From: Candidatus Magasanikiibacteriota bacterium
GTDB taxonomy: Bacteria > Patescibacteriota > Patescibacteriia > Magasanikbacterales > UBA922
NCBI GenBank assembly: GCA_014729395.1
Contig: WJJZ01000014.1
Span: forward strand, 1,955-65,954
Reading direction: 5' to 3'
DNA length: 64,000 bases
Every line of letters starts with the position of its first letter. Positions within the stretch are counted from its first letter, which is position 1. Positions 6,810-17,652 of this stretch are shown here, in pieces. A program made the position numbers and the translations under genes. The notes below the pieces were generated by a model, which had not been told where the DNA came from, made no database searches, and was given only the letters and a program-made list of their open reading frames with translations.

Positions 6810-9779
6810 ATGAGTGATTACGCCTTAAACAATTTCCAAAAACAGGCCGTCGAATATAGCGACGGCCCTCTTCTTATTGTTGCCGGGGCGGGAACCGGTA
6901 AAACTTCTGTAATAACGAATAAAATTATTCATCTTATCAAAAAAGGTTTGGCAAAACCTGAAGAAATTTTGGCTTTGACTTTTACGGACAAGGCAGCCGC
7001 AGAAATGGAACTTAGGGTCGATGAGATGCTAGGTAATATAAAGGATGAAAATGCCGTAGGATATCTTGACTTGCAAATTTCAACTTTTCATACTTTTTGT
7101 CAAAGAATTTTGGAAAGTCATGCCATAGACATTGGATTGAGTAATTCTTTCAAATTATTAACTGAGACCGAAACTTGGCTTATGATGAGAGAAAATTTAT
7201 ATGAATTTGAATTTGATTATTATCGGCCATTGGGAAACCCCACTAAACATATCCATGAATTATTAAAACATTTCTCCAAATGTAAGGATGAGCTGATCGA
7301 AGCTTCAGAATATATGGAATATGCGGAAAATATTGAGATTGATAAGGACAATAAAAATATTGACGAAAAAAGTCGTCTGAAAGAAGTGGCCACATTGTAT
7401 CATCAATACAATCAAATGCTTCTTGATAATAATGCAATGGATTTTGGAGATCTGATTTTTTACACGGTAAAATTGATCAGAAAAAATAAGAAAATTGCAG
7501 AGTTGCTGCAAAATCAATACAAATATATTTTGGTCGATGAATTTCAAGACGTGAATTATGCACAATACGAATTGGTAAAATTAATATCAAAAAAAGCACA
7601 ATTAACAGTGGTGGGGGATGATGATCAATCCATTTATGCCTTCAGAGGAGCTTCTGTATCAAATATAATGCGCTTTAAAGATGATTATAGAAATTGCAAA
7701 GATTTGGTATTGAATAAAAATTATCGTTCTCATCAGGCAATTTTAGACATTGCTTATGATTCAATTCAATATAATAATCCGGATAGATTGGAGGTTAAAC
7801 TTGAGATCGATAAAAAATTAAAATTTTCAGGTAAAAATAAAAGAAACGATGAATCCGGAATTGTCAATTTTTTACATTGTAAAGACGTTGATAGTGAGGT
7901 GAGAGAGGTAATAAATAAAATTACTGAAATAAAGCAAAACAAAAAATGTCTGTGGGATGATTTTGCGATTTTAGTAAGAGCCAACAATCATGCGGAAGTT
8001 TTCGTTAATGCTATGGAATCTGCCGGGATACCATACGAATTTCTTGCTTCAAGCGGTTTGTTCAGGCAGGCAATAGTAATTGATAGTGTAAATTTTTTGA
8101 AACTGATCGATAATTATCATGAATCGATATTGGTATTCAGACTTTTAAAACTCCCTTTTTGGAATTTTAGTGAAAATGATTTACAAAAAATAACAAGTAC
8201 GGCAAAGCGAAAAACCATTTCATATTACACAGCTTTGAAAAAAGCGCAAGAATTTGGATTATCAAAAGAAGGGATAAAGACTTGTGACGAATTATTGAAA
8301 TTGATTCACAATGGAATGAAGACAGCCAGATTTGAAAAACCAAGTAAAGTTCTTTATGAATTTTTGGACAAAAGCGGTTATTTGAAATATCTTATTGAAG
8401 GTGAGGATCGTGGGCAAGCAAAAGTAATCAGAGAAATTTACCACATAAAGCAATTTTTTGAATACATTGATAAATACGAAAATGCCAATCCGGAAGCAAC
8501 AGTATCCAGTTTTATAGAATATTATTTGTCACTTTTGGAGTCGGGAGATGATGGAAATCTTTACCAGCCGGAAGATACACCGGATTCGGTTAATATTATG
8601 ACTATTCATGGAGCAAAGGGTTTGGAATATAAATATGTTTTTTTGGTAAATTTGGTTCAAGACAGATTTCCAACCAGAAGGAGATCCGAAGCAATTAAAA
8701 TTCCAAGATCTCTAATCAAAGAAGATTTGCCGGAAGGAGATATTCACGAACAAGAAGAAAGAAGGCTTTTTTATGTCGCTATTACCAGAGCAGAGGATAG
8801 ATTATTTTTTACATCCGCTGATTATTATGGTGGTGTAAGGAAAAAGAAAATCAGCAAATTTCTAGTAGAGCTTGGCTTTGACAGTAAAAATAAAGCAAAA
8901 GACGAAACAGGGTCGGTGATTAAATTTTTGCCAAAAGAATCAAAGTCTGTAGAAGAGAAAGCGGAAATGATTTATGAATTACCCAAGACTTTTTCATTTT
9001 CTCAAATTCGCAGTTATGAAACCTGTCCTTATCAGTATAAATTAAATTATATTTTAAAATTACAAACAAAAGGAAATGCCAGCTTTAGTTTTGGAAAAAG
9101 CATGCATTCTACCATGCAAAAATTTTATAGTAAAATTCAGCAGTTAAATGAAGTAAAGCAGGATTCTTTGTTTGGGTTGCCAAAAGAGACCGTTGTAAAA
9201 TCAAATATTAAAGTACCACCGGTTGCTAAATTGATTAAAATATACGAAGAGAATTGGATTGAAGATTGGTACAAAAGTAAACAGCAACGAGAAACTTATT
9301 ATAAAAAAGGAAAAAAAATATTAAAAGCTTTTTATAGTTCACAGGAAAATAACTGGACTATTCCGGTAGCTTTGGAAAAATGGTTTAAGATTAAAGTCGG
9401 CAATTATTTGATAAGAGGTAGTATTGATCGAGTTGATAAAATTGATGATAATAAACTGGAAATAATAGACTATAAAACCGGAAAGTCTAAGGAAAAATTA
9501 TCTACCAACGACAAGGATCAATTGTTAATTTATCAAATGGCTGCCGAGACTTTACCTGAATATAAAAATTTAGGTTTGGTAGACAAGCTGACTTTTTATT
9601 ATTTAAATGACAATTTACAAGTTTCTTTTTTGGGTAAAGAGAAAGAAATTGATAAGATTAAAAAGAAAATTGTAAAATCAATAGATGAAATACAAAATGG
9701 AAATTTTAAAGCTACACCAAGTAAATTCAAATGTAAATATTGCGATTTTAAAGATGTTTGCGGTTACAGGAAAATTTAA
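6810..9779 (+). CDS. UvrD/PcrA-family SF1 helicase fused to a C-terminal PD-(D/E)XK Cas4/RecB-like nuclease with a 4-Cys cluster
   Basis: N-terminal Walker A AGAGTGKTSVIT, motif II VDEFQD, motif GDDDQSIYAFRGA; C-terminal ETCPYQYKL...IDYKTGK...CKYCDFKDVCG. Confidence 0.8.
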   Translation: MSDYALNNFQKQAVEYSDGPLLIVAGAGTGKTSVITNKIIHLIKKGLAKPEEILALTFTDKAAAEMELRVDEMLGNIKDENAVGYLDLQISTFHTFCQRILESHAIDIGLSNSFKLLTETETWLMMRENLYEFEFDYYRPLGNPTKHIHELLKHFSKCKDELIEASEYMEYAENIEIDKDNKNIDEKSRLKEVATLYHQYNQMLLDNNAMDFGDLIFYTVKLIRKNKKIAELLQNQYKYILVDEFQDVNYAQYELVKLISKKAQLTVVGDDDQSIYAFRGASVSNIMRFKDDYRNCKDLVLNKNYRSHQAILDIAYDSIQYNNPDRLEVKLEIDKKLKFSGKNKRNDESGIVNFLHCKDVDSEVREVINKITEIKQNKKCLWDDFAILVRANNHAEVFVNAMESAGIPYEFLASSGLFRQAIVIDSVNFLKLIDNYHESILVFRLLKLPFWNFSENDLQKITSTAKRKTISYYTALKKAQEFGLSKEGIKTCDELLKLIHNGMKTARFEKPSKVLYEFLDKSGYLKYLIEGEDRGQAKVIREIYHIKQFFEYIDKYENANPEATVSSFIEYYLSLLESGDDGNLYQPEDTPDSVNIMTIHGAKGLEYKYVFLVNLVQDRFPTRRRSEAIKIPRSLIKEDLPEGDIHEQEERRLFYVAITRAEDRLFFTSADYYGGVRKKKISKFLVELGFDSKNKAKDETGSVIKFLPKESKSVEEKAEMIYELPKTFSFSQIRSYETCPYQYKLNYILKLQTKGNASFSFGKSMHSTMQKFYSKIQQLNEVKQDSLFGLPKETVVKSNIKVPPVAKLIKIYEENWIEDWYKSKQQRETYYKKGKKILKAFYSSQENNWTIPVALEKWFKIKVGNYLIRGSIDRVDKIDDNKLEIIDYKTGKSKEKLSTNDKDQLLIYQMAAETLPEYKNLGLVDKLTFYYLNDNLQVSFLGKEKEIDKIKKKIVKSIDEIQNGNFKATPSKFKCKYCDFKDVCGYRKI

Positions 9780-9849
9780 TTTTTATTTTTAGATTTGATT
9801 TAGTTGTTAAACTGTACTATTATATTAATATAGAATTAAATAATAAATC

Positions 9850-10149
9850 ATGAATTTTACTCCATTGGGTAAAGCCCTTGATAATAAAATGAATTCTCAA
9901 AATGATTTAAAAAAGCAAGTGGAAGCCTCGCAAATTGTTGAAATTACGGAAAAAGTATTAAAAAATATGTTTGATAATGATATAGCCAAACATGCCAAGC
10001 CTCTTTTTTTAAAAAACAGGACTCTGACTATTTCTTGCTCCAGTTCAGTAGCTGCCCAAGAAATTAGGCTTAATCAGGCAAAAATAGTGAAAAAAATAAA
10101 TAAAGAATTGGGTAAAAAAGAAGTAGATAGGATACGTTATTTGGCATAG
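9850..10149 (+). CDS. DUF721 (DciA-like) protein
   Basis: TLTISCSSSVAAQEIRLNQAKIVKKINKELG fits the DUF721 core LxVxVxSSxWxQEL...LN..LG. Confidence 0.5.
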   Translation: MNFTPLGKALDNKMNSQNDLKKQVEASQIVEITEKVLKNMFDNDIAKHAKPLFLKNRTLTISCSSSVAAQEIRLNQAKIVKKINKELGKKEVDRIRYLA

Positions 10150-10193
10150 GGGACAAGACTTGCCAACTGTATATAAACATTATAAAATAACAG

Positions 10194-10217
10194 TAGCCAT
10201 CAAAAGGCTACTTTTTA
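10194..10217 (+). terminator. Rho-independent terminator (gtagccat-caa-aaggctac + TTTTT)
   Basis: Read directly. Confidence 0.55.
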
Positions 10218-10229
10218 TTAAAAAAAGAT

Positions 10230-10613
10230 ATGACTTTTAGACAATATCTCTTTTCCATGTTATTAAGCTCGTCTATGTGTTGGGCAGCCTGGGTTTTGGT
10301 AATAATGAATATAAATCCTTTTGAAACAAACTGGATAGGTTTTATGTTATTTTATACAAGTTTATTTTTAGCCTTATTTGGAACCATATCAATTTTTATA
10401 TTGGCAATATATTATTTTTTGGCAAAAAATGTTCAAATTTATAAGATGGTAAAAAGAAGTTTTAGGGATTCTTTATTTTTATCAGCAATATTGGTGATTC
10501 TGCTTTTTTTACAAGGCAAGGGCCTGTTATCAGTTCTTAATTTTACTGTATTTATTTTGATATTGGTATTAACACTAACATTTATATATTCAACAAAAAA
10601 ATCTAATGCATAA
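10230..10613 (+). CDS. Hypothetical membrane protein (4 predicted TM helices)
   Basis: 127 aa, hydrophobic, no recognisable motif. Confidence 0.4.
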   Translation: MTFRQYLFSMLLSSSMCWAAWVLVIMNINPFETNWIGFMLFYTSLFLALFGTISIFILAIYYFLAKNVQIYKMVKRSFRDSLFLSAILVILLFLQGKGLLSVLNFTVFILILVLTLTFIYSTKKSNA

Positions 10614-10617
10614 TTTT

Positions 10618-11880
10618 ATGAGGCAATCAAAGTTGTTCGTGAAAACTAGAAAGGAAACACCGGCCGATGAGGTATCAACAAATGCAAAACTTCTTATAAA
10701 AGCGGGTTTTGTTTTCAAAGAAATGGCCGGCGTATACACACTTCTTCCTCTGGGATTTAGGGTAATAAAAAAAATCGAAGATATAATTCGTGATGAAATG
10801 AACAATGTCGGTGGTCAGGAAATTTTTATGACGGTTTTACAAGAAAAACAAGTTTGGGAGAAGACAAACAGATGGAGCGACGAGGTGGTTGATAATTGGT
10901 TTAAAACAAAATTGTCAAGCGGTACGGAACTTGGTTTGGGATTTACTCATGAAGAACCAATTGCACGGATTATGAGTCATTATGTGTCTTCGTACAAAGA
11001 TCTGCCATTTTATCCTTATCAAATTCAAACAAAATTTCGCAACGAAGCCAGAGCTAAATCAGGCTTAATGCGTTTGCGAGAGTTTTCTATGAAAGATTTG
11101 TATTCATTTTCCAGATCGAAAGATGAACATGATGATTTTTATGAGAAAATGAAACATGTATATATGAATGTATTTGAAAGGTTGGGTATGGGAGATAAAA
11201 CATATATTACTATTTCTTCCGGTGGCAGTTTTTCCAAATATTCTTTTGAATTTCAAACTTTATCTGAAGCCGGAGAAGATTTAATTTATATAGTCGATGA
11301 AGAGAAAAAAATTGCCATAAATAAAGAAGATTATAACGATGAAATAGTCAGAGATTTTGATTTAAAATTATCTAAAAACGATTTAACTGAAAAAAAAGCG
11401 ATTGAAGTCGGTGATATTTATTCGTTGGGTTACAAATATTCAAAGGCATTTGATTTGAAATTTGCAAATGAAAAAGGAGAGGATGAATATGTGTATATGG
11501 GTTCATATGGTATGAGTCCATCGCGATTGCTGGGATCAATTGTTGAATTAAATAATGATAAAGACGGAATTTTGTGGCCCGAATCCGTAGCCCCTTTTCA
11601 AATTCATTTGATATCACTGGTAAAAGATGATAAACAAGTAAAAGTGGTTGAAGAAGTTTATGAAAGATTAAAAAACAGCGGATTTGAAGTTTTGCTGGAC
11701 GATAGAAATGAACTGAGAGCAGGTGAGAAATTTGCTGATGCGGATCTGATTGGAATTCCAAAGAGGTTGGTTATTAGTGAAAAAACATTATTGGATGATA
11801 GTGTGGAATTAAAAAAGCGCAACGAGAAGACGAGTACGCTAATTCCAATTAATGAGATTGTAGAATTATTGAAACAATAA
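10618..11880 (+). CDS. proS: Prolyl-tRNA synthetase (short form lacking the insertion editing domain)
   Basis: MRQSKLFVKTRKETPADEVSTNAKLLIKAGFV...LLPLGFRVIKKIEDIIRDEMN matches the ProRS N-terminus; class II motifs and C-terminal anticodon-binding domain present; track start 10606 is an upstream in-frame ATG. Confidence 0.8.
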   Translation: MRQSKLFVKTRKETPADEVSTNAKLLIKAGFVFKEMAGVYTLLPLGFRVIKKIEDIIRDEMNNVGGQEIFMTVLQEKQVWEKTNRWSDEVVDNWFKTKLSSGTELGLGFTHEEPIARIMSHYVSSYKDLPFYPYQIQTKFRNEARAKSGLMRLREFSMKDLYSFSRSKDEHDDFYEKMKHVYMNVFERLGMGDKTYITISSGGSFSKYSFEFQTLSEAGEDLIYIVDEEKKIAINKEDYNDEIVRDFDLKLSKNDLTEKKAIEVGDIYSLGYKYSKAFDLKFANEKGEDEYVYMGSYGMSPSRLLGSIVELNNDKDGILWPESVAPFQIHLISLVKDDKQVKVVEEVYERLKNSGFEVLLDDRNELRAGEKFADADLIGIPKRLVISEKTLLDDSVELKKRNEKTSTLIPINEIVELLKQ

Positions 11881-11894
11881 ACAATTAGAGATAC

Positions 11895-12956
11895 ATGTTC
11901 AATTCGGTATTTAAAAAATTCAGCAAAGATTTAGGTGTTGACCTGGGAACGGCCAACACTCTTTTGTATGTAAGAGATAAGGGTATTGTAATTAATGAAC
12001 CATCGGTTGTGGCAGTTAACATCAAAACTGAACAAATTTTGTCTGTTGGTAATGAAGCAAAAAACATGCTTGGTAAAACACCTCCACATATTCAGTTAAC
12101 ACGACCATTGACACATGGAATTATTTCAGATTATGAGGTAACCGAAAAAATGTTAAAATATTTTATAGAAAAGGTACATGAAGGCAGTTTTACTTTTATG
12201 GCAAGACCAAGAGTGGTTATTTGCGTACCCTTGGAAGTAACAGAAGTTGAGACCAAGGCGGTTGAGGACGCCTGTATTGCTGCCGGTGCCAGGGAAGTAT
12301 ATGTGGTACAAGAACCATTGGCAGCCGCTGTTGGATCAAGAATGCCAATCGAAGATCCTGTCGGTAATATGATTGTTGATATTGGTGGTGGCAATACGGA
12401 AGTAGCAGTAATTTCTTTGGGCGGTATAGTAACTTGGAAATCAACAACTATTGCCGGTGACGAACTGAACAAAAATATTATTCAGTATGCTAGGGAAGTA
12501 TTCAATCTGTTGGTAGGAGAAACCTATGCTGAGCAGATTAAAATAAAAATAGGATCAGCAATGAGACAAGAAGAAAAAATGGAATTTCCCATGCGTGGCC
12601 GTGATGTTGTCACCGGATTGCCAAGGGAAGTGATGGTCTCCAATGAACATATTAAAGAAGCGCTTGATCGCTCAATAAAAGCCATAGTTGATCATATAAA
12701 GATGACCTTGGAAGTTACACCACCGGAGCTGACTGCTGATATTCATGAAAGGGGAATTTTGTTGACCGGTGGCGGTTCACTTCTACGAGGTTTGGATCAA
12801 GTAATTGCCACTATGGCTGAAATACCGGTTAGGATAGCGGATGATCCGCTAACCGCTGTCGTAAGGGGGACGGGTATTTTGCTTGACGAAGAAAAAATAT
12901 TAAAAGAAGTCTCATTACCTTCTGCCAGAGAAACAAAAAAACGCAGTAATAAATAA
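11895..12956 (+). CDS. mreB: Rod shape-determining protein MreB
   Basis: GVDLGTANTLLYV...EPSVVAV, actin-fold phosphate motifs (DIGGGNTEVAV). Confidence 0.9.
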   Translation: MFNSVFKKFSKDLGVDLGTANTLLYVRDKGIVINEPSVVAVNIKTEQILSVGNEAKNMLGKTPPHIQLTRPLTHGIISDYEVTEKMLKYFIEKVHEGSFTFMARPRVVICVPLEVTEVETKAVEDACIAAGAREVYVVQEPLAAAVGSRMPIEDPVGNMIVDIGGGNTEVAVISLGGIVTWKSTTIAGDELNKNIIQYAREVFNLLVGETYAEQIKIKIGSAMRQEEKMEFPMRGRDVVTGLPREVMVSNEHIKEALDRSIKAIVDHIKMTLEVTPPELTADIHERGILLTGGGSLLRGLDQVIATMAEIPVRIADDPLTAVVRGTGILLDEEKILKEVSLPSARETKKRSNK

Positions 12957-12958
12957 AT

Positions 12959-13765
12959 ATGAATTTAAATAGAAAAAAGACCCTCATTTCTATTAGTTTT
13001 TTTATTTTTTTTATTATTTTATTACATTATGTCGGTTGGTTATTGCCTGTAGAAAATTTTTTTAGAAGACTAATTGTGCCGGGATCAAAAGCAATGTATA
13101 CCTGGAGTTATTGGATCAATCCTGAAGAAATTGATAGGGTGGAAGAATTGGAGGAAATGAAAACTAAATATAAGGAATTGGAAGATAAATTATTATCTGT
13201 ACAGGTGGATCAGGTCCAACTGGATTTATTAAAAGAAGAAAATCAAAAATTGAGAACTCAGCTGAATTTTTATGATGAACATAATAATTATGAATATATT
13301 GGCGCTGAAGTTGTTGGAGAAAATATTGATCCCGTGGGTAGTACTGTGATATTGGATAAAGGTCAAAATTATAATATAAATGAAGGGGATCCTGTTATAG
13401 TAAATAACGGTATTATAATCGGAAGAATTTTGCGTGTTGAGGAAGATATATCGGTAGTAAGATTGATTAATGACAGTCAGAGCAAGATCGCAGCCACATT
13501 AACCAATGAGGATAGAAGTATCGGTCTGGTTGAGGGTGGTTATGGAATAAGTGTTCGTATGAATTTTATACCGCAAAATGAAAAAATAAATGTTGGCGAT
13601 ACGGTAGTAACATCAGGATTAGAGGAGGGTGTACCGAGAGGATTGCTTATCGGTAATGTAGAGGTGGTTGAAAAAGAGGCTTATCAGCCATTTCAAAAAG
13701 CTGTTCTTTCACCGTTTGTTGACTTAGATAAAATAATATTCGTGTCTGTCATTACAAATTCATAA
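12959..13765 (+). CDS. mreC: Rod shape-determining protein MreC
   Basis: N-terminal TM, coiled coil, C-terminal beta domain; directly follows mreB. Confidence 0.7.
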   Translation: MNLNRKKTLISISFFIFFIILLHYVGWLLPVENFFRRLIVPGSKAMYTWSYWINPEEIDRVEELEEMKTKYKELEDKLLSVQVDQVQLDLLKEENQKLRTQLNFYDEHNNYEYIGAEVVGENIDPVGSTVILDKGQNYNINEGDPVIVNNGIIIGRILRVEEDISVVRLINDSQSKIAATLTNEDRSIGLVEGGYGISVRMNFIPQNEKINVGDTVVTSGLEEGVPRGLLIGNVEVVEKEAYQPFQKAVLSPFVDLDKIIFVSVITNS

Positions 13766-13766
13766 T

Positions 13767-14306
13767 ATGAAATTATTATTTCAATTTTTATTAGCTTTGG
13801 TAGGCATTATCATCTTATCCATATTAAATATTGGTCTTTCTTATATATTGCCATATCCTTGGTCCAAAATTAATATAATATTTGCCGCCCTTATTTTATT
13901 GATGGTTTGGTGGGAGTCCGGTTTTATTGTTTGGGTTGCATTTTTATCTTTTTTTATAATTGAATTGTTTGCTGTCACACCATTTGGCCTCATTCTTTTT
14001 TCCAGTACCGTCAGTATATTGATAAGTTATTGGTTTTATCAGTTAATTTTTACAAATCAATCATGGTATACGGCAATTTCATTATCTTTTTTCTCTATTT
14101 TTTTATATCGTCTAATATATATTATTATTTTATTAATGTTGATTTTTTTTGGTTTTGATATTAATTATCCACAAAGTCAGTTTTATTATATTTTACTGTG
14201 GGAGATGATACTAACCTGCGCTTTAGTCGGGATTATTTACTTATTAAGTTTTTATTTCTCACATAAAAAGCAAAATAATACAAATTTTTTAGTTAACAGG
14301 CTATAG
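13767..14306 (+). CDS. mreD: Rod shape-determining protein MreD-like polytopic membrane protein
   Basis: 179 aa, 5-6 TM helices, position between mreC and PBP2. Confidence 0.5.
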   Translation: MKLLFQFLLALVGIIILSILNIGLSYILPYPWSKINIIFAALILLMVWWESGFIVWVAFLSFFIIELFAVTPFGLILFSSTVSILISYWFYQLIFTNQSWYTAISLSFFSIFLYRLIYIIILLMLIFFGFDINYPQSQFYYILLWEMILTCALVGIIYLLSFYFSHKKQNNTNFLVNRL

Positions 14307-14307
14307 T

Positions 14308-16317
14308 GTGAATGAAGCAAACACAAAAAATATTTTTTTTACTCCGGACTTGGAAGAGGAGTCTCTTGTTGATTTGAAAGGTAAATATAAAAATAATTGG
14401 GTAGAAGGATCATTTGATTTGAAGAATTTATCAGGAATGAAACCGGAGGGACTAAAAAAAAATAAATACCTTGGCAGTAGTTTGACTGAAACAAGAATTT
14501 TTTTATTTACATTGTTTTTACTTTTATTTTTTTTTGGTTTACTGGGTCGGGTGTTTTATTTGCAAATAATTAAAGGTTCCGACTACAGGTCAATGGCTGA
14601 GGACAATAGACAGAGAATTATACCTATAGCATCGGAAAGAGGTTTGATTTATGATAGAAATTTAGTTCAGCTGGCAAAAAATATACCAAATTTTTCAATT
14701 GCATTAATGCCACAGTATTTACCCAGGGATAAAGAAAAAAGGGAACTTGTAATTGACAGATTGGCGGATATTACAGGTGAAAGTAGTAATGAAATAAAAG
14801 ACATCTTCAATCGTTACGGTTCATATAGTCATGAGTCAATTATAATTAGAGAAGATATTGATTATGAAACAGCTTTAAAAATTTTAATAAAAAATTCCGA
14901 TTTGCCGGGCATTCATATTAAAAGAGGTTCCAAAAGATTATATTTGAATGATTTTGATAATTATGATTTGTATTATACTAGTAGTTCACGGGCGACATCA
15001 TTGGCTCATATATTGGGATATCAGGGAAAATTGAGTCCGCAGGAATTGGAGGAATTATATGACAATGGTTATTTGCCTTCTGATTATATAGGAAAAACAG
15101 GAGTTGAAAAAACATATGAATCAGTATTACGCGGTATATATGGCAGGGAGAGAGTAGAAGTGGATGCTTGGGGGAAGGAAAGATCGGAAATATCACAGGA
15201 AGCTCCGATTCCGGGATCACATTTGATTTTAAGTATAGATATTGAAGTGCAAAAAAAATTGGAGCAAATTTTAAAAAGTACACTAACTGAAAATGAAAAA
15301 ACCAGAGCGTCGGCGATAGCTTTGGACCCTAGAAGCGGTGAAATTATTGCACTGGTGAGTCTGCCGGGCTTTGACAATAATGATTTTTCCGGCGGAATTG
15401 ACGTGAGTAAATATCAGCAATATCTAAAAAATGAAGACAAGCCTTTATTTAATCGTGCGATTGCGGGTACGTATCCGTCAGGATCCACTATTAAACCCGC
15501 AATAGCTGCCGCCGCTTTACAAGAGGGAATAATCAACTCAGTCACATCTTTTCTAAGTACCGGTGGTATAAATGTCGGGCCCTGGTTTTTTCCGGACTGG
15601 TTATCCGGAGGACATGGGTCAACTAATGTTAGAAAATCATTAGCCTGGTCTGTTAATACTTTTTATTATTATATAGGAGGGGGGTACAAAGATTTTGCGG
15701 GTTTAGGTGTTAAAAGAATTAAGGAATATTTATCTTTATTTGGATTTGGTACGAAATTGGGAATTGATTTGCCTGGCGAGGAACCGGGGTTTTTGCCTTC
15801 AAAAGAATGGAAAGAAGAAAAAAAAGGTGAAAGATGGTATGTTGGTGATACATATAATTTATCAATCGGTCAAGGTGACTTGTTGGTAACACCTCTACAA
15901 ATTGCCAATATGACAGCAACAGTCGCTAATGGCGGTACCCTTTACAAGCCCAGAATTGTACGAGCAACTACAAATCCGTTGACAAAAGAAACCAAATATA
16001 CGCATCCGGAAGTGATCCGGGATACCTTTATATCGGAGGAAAATATCAATACTATTCGTTGGGGTATGAAGGACTGCGTTGATCATGGTACCTGTCAAAT
16101 ATTGAAAGGTTTACCTATTTCGATTGCCGGAAAAACAGGTACTGCTCAATGGAGTAATTCTGCTGATACTCATGCATGGTTCACTTCGTTTGCTCCGTTT
16201 TATAATCCGGAAATAGTAATTACGGTTTTAATTGAAGAGGGGGGTGAAGGTGGTATTGTGGCTATTCCCGTGGCTCGTGAATTTTATCAGTGGTGGTATG
16301 AATATAGGTATCAATAA
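14308..16317 (+). CDS. mrdA: Penicillin-binding protein 2 (peptidoglycan D,D-transpeptidase)
   Basis: N-terminal TM and dimerisation domain; SGSTIKP (SxxK), SxN and KTGT motifs; GTG start. Confidence 0.8.
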   Translation: MNEANTKNIFFTPDLEEESLVDLKGKYKNNWVEGSFDLKNLSGMKPEGLKKNKYLGSSLTETRIFLFTLFLLLFFFGLLGRVFYLQIIKGSDYRSMAEDNRQRIIPIASERGLIYDRNLVQLAKNIPNFSIALMPQYLPRDKEKRELVIDRLADITGESSNEIKDIFNRYGSYSHESIIIREDIDYETALKILIKNSDLPGIHIKRGSKRLYLNDFDNYDLYYTSSSRATSLAHILGYQGKLSPQELEELYDNGYLPSDYIGKTGVEKTYESVLRGIYGRERVEVDAWGKERSEISQEAPIPGSHLILSIDIEVQKKLEQILKSTLTENEKTRASAIALDPRSGEIIALVSLPGFDNNDFSGGIDVSKYQQYLKNEDKPLFNRAIAGTYPSGSTIKPAIAAAALQEGIINSVTSFLSTGGINVGPWFFPDWLSGGHGSTNVRKSLAWSVNTFYYYIGGGYKDFAGLGVKRIKEYLSLFGFGTKLGIDLPGEEPGFLPSKEWKEEKKGERWYVGDTYNLSIGQGDLLVTPLQIANMTATVANGGTLYKPRIVRATTNPLTKETKYTHPEVIRDTFISEENINTIRWGMKDCVDHGTCQILKGLPISIAGKTGTAQWSNSADTHAWFTSFAPFYNPEIVITVLIEEGGEGGIVAIPVAREFYQWWYEYRYQ

Positions 16318-16429
16318 TAGTATATAATCAACCTGAACATTACTGTGGATATTAAAATTTGACCATTATTTCAATTTTGATATACTAATTTTAACCGCAA
16401 CAAGCGGCTGTATTTTTTTAAAAAAGCGT

Positions 16430-16903
16430 ATGACAAATGATGAAAATCAACAGTACATTAGTGCCGATAAATTAGAAGATTTAAAAAAGGAATTGCAAGA
16501 TTTAAAGCAAAATAAAATTCCCGATTTGGCAAATAGAATAGATGAAGCCAAACAGCTTGGTGATCTTTCGGAAAACGCTGAATATCATGCGGCAAGAGAG
16601 GATATGGCATGGGCACAAAGCCGGGTCAAAGAGTTGGAAAATATAATTGACAGCTCGGTTGTTATTACTGAAACCGGATCGTCTGACGGCATCATTGAAG
16701 TCGGATCAAATATAAAAGTTACTTTAAACGGAGTAAGCAAAGAATATAAGATAGTTGGCCAACAAGAGGCCGATCCAAGTAGTGGAAAGATCTCCAATGA
16801 ATCTCCATTGGGAAATGCATTCCTTGGTAAAAAAGAAGGTGATGAAGTTGAAGTTGAAGTGCCATCCGGATTACAATTATATAAAATCATCGAAGTAAAC
16901 TAA
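16430..16903 (+). CDS. greA: Transcription elongation factor GreA
   Basis: Coiled-coil N-terminus with GDLSENAEYHAAREDMAWAQSRVKELE; FKBP-like C-terminal domain. Confidence 0.85.
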   Translation: MTNDENQQYISADKLEDLKKELQDLKQNKIPDLANRIDEAKQLGDLSENAEYHAAREDMAWAQSRVKELENIIDSSVVITETGSSDGIIEVGSNIKVTLNGVSKEYKIVGQQEADPSSGKISNESPLGNAFLGKKEGDEVEVEVPSGLQLYKIIEVN

Positions 16904-16908
16904 ATAAA

Positions 16909-16931
16909 AAACTTCCTCAAAAAAAGGAAGT
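16909..16931. terminator. Bidirectional terminator hairpin (aacttcctc-aaaaaaa-ggaagtt)
   Basis: Read directly; between convergent greA and the minus-strand hypothetical gene. Confidence 0.55.
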
Positions 16932-16947
16932 TATAATAGCTGAAAAA

Positions 16948-17652
16948 TTATTTGGGCAGGTAAAGTTCAAGTGGGGTAAAAATCAGGGATCGTATTTTTT
17001 GATGTCTAGCAACATTAATTTGCCAAACTCTCCCAAACATACCCGATCCTTTGCCAACGTCCTCAAGTACTCCGGCCATAATCATAAAATCAATAAATTC
17101 TTCGAATAATCCTTCATCATAATCAATATATTCTTCATTCCGACTAAAACATGAACTATTGGGTATACGCAGTTTTGCTTGACTAAAATTATTTTCAATA
17201 CATAATTCCAATTCTCTCAAGAGACTGCCATAAGGATTAATAAACCTTGGATTTTTTAGTATTCTGACATTTTGTGATGAGAATGGGAATGAAAAATGAT
17301 TTTTTTTGGTCAAGTCAATCAGACCATTACGGATTTTTTGTAACTGGTGAAGAATTTCTAAAGATTCATTCAGTTCACCGGTGAACATTCCTGGGAAAAA
17401 TCCGGCCTCTTGGTACAAAAAATTTTTTGACCAGCGAAAATGATCTTCAATACCCTCAATACGCACAAATTCAACAAATCTTTCCATATTGGCAAATCGC
17501 CTGAATGATGTTTTTAAAGAATTAATATTCTTATAATTGATCTTCAATATCAACTCTTCCTCCAATTTCGACGGGAATATATCCGCTCCCATCATAGCGT
17601 GACATAAGTGCAACATTTTCCATTTGGTCATTTTTACCCGGTTTTTGTTCAT
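16948..17652 (-). CDS. Hypothetical protein (234 aa), no recognisable domain
   Basis: Long ORF with its own AT-rich promoter region, convergent with greA. Confidence 0.4.
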   Translation of the reverse strand: MNKNRVKMTKWKMLHLCHAMMGADIFPSKLEEELILKINYKNINSLKTSFRRFANMERFVEFVRIEGIEDHFRWSKNFLYQEAGFFPGMFTGELNESLEILHQLQKIRNGLIDLTKKNHFSFPFSSQNVRILKNPRFINPYGSLLRELELCIENNFSQAKLRIPNSSCFSRNEEYIDYDEGLFEEFIDFMIMAGVLEDVGKGSGMFGRVWQINVARHQKIRSLIFTPLELYLPK

